From: Chiloscyllium plagiosum
Taxonomy: Eukaryota
Direction of reading: 5' to 3'
NCBI RefSeq assembly: GCF_004010195.1
Contig: NC_057720.1
Span: 825,515 to 868,091, forward strand
Length of the DNA: 42,577 nucleotides
Of this stretch, positions 38,020-42,577 are shown one piece after another. Under the pieces are notes generated by a model, which was not told the DNA's origin, ran no database searches, and worked only from the letters and a program-made list of their open reading frames with translations. Position numbers and translations under genes: made by a program. Within the stretch, counting starts at the first letter, position 1; each line of letters begins with the position of its first letter.

Positions 38020-38485
38020 GATGTGCCACACTATTGATCAGTATTTGCCAGAGGATTCAGGACAGACTGATAACCAAGTCTGGATTGTTGGTTGGGCTCA
38101 GTGTGGTGTATTGTGGGCACTGGAAGCTCCATGTATTAATAGTCAAAGCCATTTGTAGACAGGAAGAACACACACTGCACCTGTTTCACCTCAACAGAAT
38201 AGGTGACAGCCATTCACTGACTCATTTCTCAGGGAGATGTTTTGACTAATCAGAGTCAACTTGTCTGGTTTAAAATTTAAACAAAGCCTAGCAGTTAACT
38301 GTCAACCATTAATTCTCAAGGCAATGCCGCTACCATGTAGAGTTCATTTGCTGACCAATCAGCACTCTCCTTTCCCACAGAATAAATGCTGTTTTCCCTT
38401 TATGTTGGCATTCTTGTGAAGTGTCCTGATGAGTGAAAGACAAAAAAAAGCTTCAACAAAATGTGTCTTTTTTCCAGCAACTTTC
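38020..38485 (+). mobile_element. Ancient Penelope-like 3' fragment (ORF C-terminus, 3'UTR, hammerhead relic at 38422-38458)
   Basis: Degenerate peptide TIDQYL...DNQVWIVGWAQ...LEAPCINSQ / CRQEEHTLHLF; TGTC-CTGATGA-GT-GAAAG-AC-AAAAAA-AAGCTT-C-AACA. Confidence 0.7.
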
Positions 38486-39115
38486 AAATCCTGTACAATC
38501 TAACGACTAATTCTATTAACAATTTTTCCACCTCAAGATGTGAGATCCCCTGACACAGCCTCCTTGGCTCAAGGATTGGAGAGAAAACACCCCATACAGC
38601 CTCTGTCCCACACACTAATTAGCGGGGATTTAATCTAATTTAATAACCCTCTGAGGTGGTGATATTGTGGGTGTGGGGGGGAGGGGAAGTGCCTGAAATA
38701 TGAGGCACAGGTACCAGGATTGGAGAGCCCAGGCTCTATTGCGGCACATTCTGATTGGAGCAATGACAACTTAGCTCCCTTAACTGTGAAAGAAACTTCC
38801 ACAGGCAACTGGATTTGCCACTGGGTTACTGATCTGACAGCAACTGAAAACCGTTTCTCATTCCTGCTCACGTTACCACAGGGGAAACGGGTTGTGGTTC
38901 AGATCGGTTCAAACCTCAACATCACTGCAGCATTCTGGGTTTCTGACACACACCGTGCTCCAAAGCAGGAAGAATAAATGAGGGCTGAGTCCACGTGTGC
39001 TTGCGATATCTTGATGTCGTGGACTATTCACCAATTATAGCAGAAGAGTTTCTAAAAAGTGATCATGACTGATCTGAAGATTAAAACCAAGTCACTGAAC
39101 AAAAGAAATAACAGA

Positions 39116-39325
39116 GATGGAAATGTGTTGCTGGAAAAGCGCAGCAGGTCAGGCAGCATCTAGGGAACAGGAGAATCGACGTTTCGGGCATTAGCCCTTC
39201 TTCAGCCCTTCTTCAACGAGTTTACGAAACAGAAATCGGAGCAGACTCTCTGGCCAATCTAGCACTGCACCACTGAACATGATCCTGGCTGATGCTGGGC
39301 TTCAACTCCACTTTCCTGGCCACTC
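39116..39325 (-). mobile_element. Chimeric insert: Penelope-like terminus with a hammerhead core (39205-39178) plus a captured copy of 39753-39864
   Basis: 10-bp TSD AAATAACAGA at 39106-39115 and 39326-39335; minus strand reads CTGAAGA-A-GGGC-TAAT-GCCC-GAA-ACGT-C. Confidence 0.88.
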
Positions 39326-39431
39326 AAATAACAGACCGAGTTACTGAGAGGCCTCATTTCCCCATGAATTCTCAATAAGTGAATGACAGGAGCATCAATG
39401 CTGTCTTTTGAGTCATTGCGTTTTATATATA

Positions 39432-39454
39432 AAAGGATACATTATAAAGGATAC
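39432..39454 (-). promoter_or_regulatory. RNPC3: USSE (U11 snRNP-binding splicing enhancer): tandem U12-type 5' splice-site motifs in the RNPC3 3'UTR
   Basis: Minus strand reads GTATCCTTT-ATAAT-GTATCCTTT, 56 nt downstream of the U2-type acceptor TTTATGTTTTTCTCTTGGTTACAG (AG at 39512-39511). Confidence 0.92.
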
Positions 39455-39510
39455 ACTGAATTATCACTGCCCCAAACTGATGACTGGGCTTTTACTGTGA
39501 ACAGTGTCAA

Positions 39511-39616
39511 CTGTAACCAAGAGAAAAACATAAACCATCAACGAGCCTTAAACGCTCGCTCCACGGGACATGCCAGCAACATTACTGAGCATTAATGAGC
39601 AGAGCCAAAGACTCAC
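39511..39616 (-). other. RNPC3: 106-nt U2-type 3'UTR intron of the predicted RNPC3 long (USSE-activated) isoform
   Basis: Donor ATG|GTGAGT (GT at 39616-39615); polypyrimidine tract and CAG acceptor ending at 39511. Confidence 0.8.
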
Positions 39617-39634
39617 CATACAACCCTCTGATCT

Positions 39635-39700
39635 TCACTTCCCTTGGCCTCTCCTGCCGTCTGCTGGATCTTGTTTCGGCCGTGCAGAGCGGGCAAATTG
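39635..39700 (-). CDS. RNPC3: U11/U12-65K (RNPC3) last coding exon; the exon extends to 39617
   Basis: QFARSARPKQDPADGRRGQGK* matches the recalled vertebrate RNPC3 C-terminus (QFARSARPKQDP...). It has a phase-0 CAG acceptor and a GTGAGT donor 18 nt after the stop, lies upstream of amylase on the same strand, and is followed by a USSE. Confidence 0.93.
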   Translation of the reverse strand, partial: QFARSARPKQDPADGRRGQGK

Positions 39701-39710
39701 CTGTGAAGGC

Positions 39711-39717
39711 ATTAAGG
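39711..39717 (-). promoter_or_regulatory. RNPC3: U12-type branch site (CCTTAAT) of the intron before the last RNPC3 coding exon
   Basis: GCACCTTAATGCCTTCACAG|: the motif is 10 nt from the acceptor and there is no real polypyrimidine tract. Confidence 0.75.
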
Positions 39718-39749
39718 TGCAATGTCCGGTACAGTTGATGTAACATCAA

Positions 39750-40740
39750 TGACAACGAGTTTACGAAACAGAAATCGGAGCAGACTCTCTGGCCTATCTA
39801 GCACTGCACCACTGAACATGATCCTGGCTGATGCTGGGCTTCAACTCCACTTTCCTGGCCACTCAAATCCCTCAATTCCCAGGGATCAAGGATCAGCATA
39901 TCCTCCCCGAACAGGAGTATTTCTCATCTCAATACTGAATGATCAACCCTTTATTCCAAGACTATAATCTCATGTTCCCAATTCCCCAGTGTTTACTTGT
40001 TAAACTCCTTCAGAGTCCTGTTTCAACTCATTTTTCTAAACTCCAGACAATAGGGATTCAATTCACTCAGTCTCTCACCACAGGATAACCTCCTCAATCC
40101 AGAAACGAATGCAGCAAACTTTCGGTTTATCAACTGTCCTTCCATAAATACAAAGACTAAAAACTGCAGACATTAAACAGGTTGCCTCGCTAAAGATCTG
40201 TACAACTGTAGCAAGACTTTATTTCTGTACTTCAATAGCCTGGTAATGTTTGTACAGGATGTTGGTGAGGCCACTTTTGGAATACTGGGTACAATTCTGG
40301 TCATCATGAGGGGCAGAGATAAGGTGAATAGCAAAGGTCTGTTCTCCAGGGTACGGGAGTCTGAAACTAAAAGGCATAAATTTAAGGTGAGATTTAAAAG
40401 GGACCTGAGAGGATAACTTTTTCACACAGAGAGTGATTCGCATGTGGAATAAACTGTCAGAGGAAGTGGTAGATGCAGATACAGTTATAACAATAAAAAG
40501 ACATATGGACATGAATAGGAAAGAGCTTCAAGGGATACGGGCCAAACACAGGTTAGTGGGACTGGTTTCATTTGGGAAACTTGGCTGGCGTAGATAAGTT
40601 GGGCCGAAGGGTCTGTTTCTGTGCTGTATGACTCTATAATGAAGTCCAAAGTGCCATTTGCTGGTCTAATTGTCTGTTTGATCTGCAGGCCAACTTTATG
40701 TTCCTTATATGAGCACTATATGGCTCTCTACACATTTAAA
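39750..40740. mobile_element. Old minus-strand CR1 3' fragment with a plus-strand CR1 3' end (about 40240-40640) nested in it
   Basis: TTGGTGAGGCCACTTTTGGAATACTGGGTACAATTCTGGTC and a 3' end GGGCCGAAGGGTCTGTTTCTGTGCTGTATGACTCTAT. Confidence 0.8.
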
Positions 40741-41141
40741 CGTGTGCAACTCATTGGAGTTAAAGTATTCTGCTCTTCTGTCCTTACTACCTTTAAAGGG
40801 TCGGTATTATACAGAACCTGACACAAATGTTAAAGCACTAAGATACAGGAATGAAAAGAGCACAGATGTCTCAGAGCAGATGGAAAATAGGAAGGCAAGA
40901 GGTTCTGAAATGATCGAAAAACAGTGAACAGAAGTTTTTATGAAATATGTTGAAAAACTTCATAATAAGAAGCAAATTTAGACAATAAAGATATTTGCAA
41001 TTCACACTGTCCTGCTCAAAGTTTAGACTGGACAGGAGTCAAGAACTAGTTATTCTTTAGAAAGATTATTTCTGACCACAAGCTAAGTATCCCGAAAGAT
41101 TTTGTTCCCAGCCGATGTCAGGTAGACATTGCAAAATATTA

Positions 41142-41322
41142 GAGCTGAAAAATGTGTTGCTGGAAAAGCGCAGCAGGTCAGGCAGCATCCAAGGAGCAGG
41201 AGAATCAACGTTTCGGACATAAGCCCTGTTCCTTGGATGCTGCCTGACCTGCTGCACTTTTCCAGTAACACATTTTTCAGCTCTGATCTCCAGCAACTGC
41301 AGTCCTCACTTTCTCCTAGCTG
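41142..41322. mobile_element. Palindromic Penelope-like terminal insert
   Basis: Arm 41141-41209 is the approximate reverse complement of 41225-41284; 14-bp TSD ATTGCAAAATATTA at 41128-41141 and 41323-41336. Confidence 0.9.
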
Positions 41323-41414
41323 ATTGCAAAATATTACCCAACAAATTAGCTATTAAACTTTCACTGACTGAACAAACCAAAGCTTGAAGGCAAAGATGCA
41401 ATTCTGCAGATGAA

Positions 41415-41607
41415 ATAGTCGAGAGCGTGATGCTGGAAAAGCAAAGCAGGTTCAGGCAGCATCCGAGAAACAGGAGGAATGCCCTGAAGGGCTTTTGCCT
41501 GAAACGTCAATTCTCCTGCTCCTTGGATGTTGCCTGACCTGCTGTGCTTTTCCAGCAACACACTCTTGACTCTAATCTCCAGCATCTGCAGTCCTCACTT
41601 TCTCTAG
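41415..41607. mobile_element. Palindromic Penelope-like terminal insert with a partly deleted hammerhead
   Basis: Inverted arms around CCTGAAGGGCTTTTGCCTGAAACGTC (41483-41508). Confidence 0.85.
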
Positions 41608-41705
41608 TTATCATTTAACAGGGTTATAAAATTCTGCAGAAATAGGTCTAACACTAACATAAGGTTAGTATTGGATCAAACATGGAATCCAAGTTAAACA
41701 GAACA

Positions 41706-42577
41706 TTTTTTTTTGAGTGCGAGCAGCAGCTGAGCTTAAACGAACCCGGAAGGCTACAGCTAAGGTGAGACAGTTTGTTTTAAAATTACTTACCGGTAGC
41801 GGGCAGCGGTGTTTTTTTTTCTCTTCACAGAAAGAGCGGGAGCAGCAGGGGGAAGTGACGAAGACCAGAGGGGCAGCCAGGAAGGAAAGCAGGGAGTATA
41901 TAAATCAGGAAGGCGGCTAAACCCGAGACTCTACAACTGTAGTGTCTCCCACCCACCCTCCTCCTCTAACCCCCTTACTAAGTACTGTTTATCCATTAAT
42001 TGGTTTTTAGAAAAAGACTATAGCAGAAAGTATTTTAACTCAAACTTGTACAAAGTAATAAAGTAATTAACTAAGCAGAGAAGGCTGGGCAGGTGGTGTG
42101 CTGTAGCTGTATGATGTGGGAGTTGGCTGATCCCATTGTGAATGGCAGTGACCACATCTGCAGCAAGTGTTGGTTGCTGGAAGAACTCCGGCTCAGAGTT
42201 GATGATTTGGAATCTGAGCTTCAAACACTGCGGCACATCCGGGAGGGGGAGAGTTACCTGGACACTTTGTTTCAGGAGGCAGTCACACCTGGGAGATTAT
42301 GTAATTCACATCCAGTTAGTGATCAGGGACATCAGAATGTGACTGTAAGTGAGGCAGGTCGGGGGAGCCTGAGTTCAGGAGTGCAGGAGCCTCAGCCTTT
42401 GACCGTGTCCAACAGATATGAGATTCTTGCTCCCTGTACGGATGAGGAAAAGGGCTCTGGACAGGATGAGCCAGCTGACCATGGCACCATGGTGCAGAAG
42501 GCCATTCAAGAGGGGGGAGCAAAAAGACAAGTAGTTGTTATAGGGGATTCTATAATTAGGGGGACAGATAGTATCCT
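41706..42577 (+). mobile_element. 5' end of a CR1 LINE (5'UTR and ORF1), running off the window
   Basis: A CpG-containing leader followed by the ORF1 frame; the 5' boundary is approximate. Confidence 0.85.
42081..42577 (+). CDS. CR1 ORF1 protein (CxxC-CxxC zinc finger/leucine zipper and start of an SGNH esterase), partial, with no ATG at the expected start
   Basis: Stop-free frame KAGQVVCCSCMMWEL...HICSKCWLLEELRLRVDDLESELQTLRHIRE...VSNRYEIL...KRQVVVIGDSIIRGTDSI. Confidence 0.88.

Noticed and set aside
37779..38249. 156-aa ORF as a host gene
   Set aside because: It overlaps a decayed Penelope ORF end, is antisense to the RNPC3 3' region, and has no recognisable domain.
39432..39454. GTATCCTTT motifs as the donor of a real U12 intron
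   Set aside because: The tandem arrangement downstream of a 3'UTR acceptor in RNPC3 fits the non-spliced USSE, and the U12 branch site found lies upstream of these motifs.

Overview
Eukaryotic, repeat-rich genomic DNA from a cartilaginous fish (shark-type HE1 SINEs, CR1 LINEs, Penelope-like elements), with two N-gaps (13699-14207, 24290-24789). Two host genes are recognisable, both on the minus strand and in the order known from other vertebrates. RNPC3 (U11/U12-65K) contributes its last coding exon (39700-39635, QFARSARPKQDPADGRRGQGK*), which the ORF track misses. Alpha-amylase contributes only its first coding exon (28522-28355) and a TATA box. RNPC3 shows its minor-spliceosome feedback module: a U12-type branch site before the exon, a U2-type acceptor in the 3'UTR, and a tandem GTATCCTTT USSE 56 nt further on. 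About ten Penelope-like 3' ends from about four families carry minimal hammerhead-ribozyme motifs. One is fully foldable (34206-34172). Another sits on the sense strand of the RNPC3 long 3'UTR, inside a TSD-flanked chimeric insert that also copied about 112 bp of RNPC3's own intron. The rest is nested CR1/L2-like LINE fragments, the 5' end of a CR1 with an open ORF1, SINEs and minisatellites. Most entries in the ORF track are spurious or LINE-derived. All family assignments come from motif recognition, not database searches.
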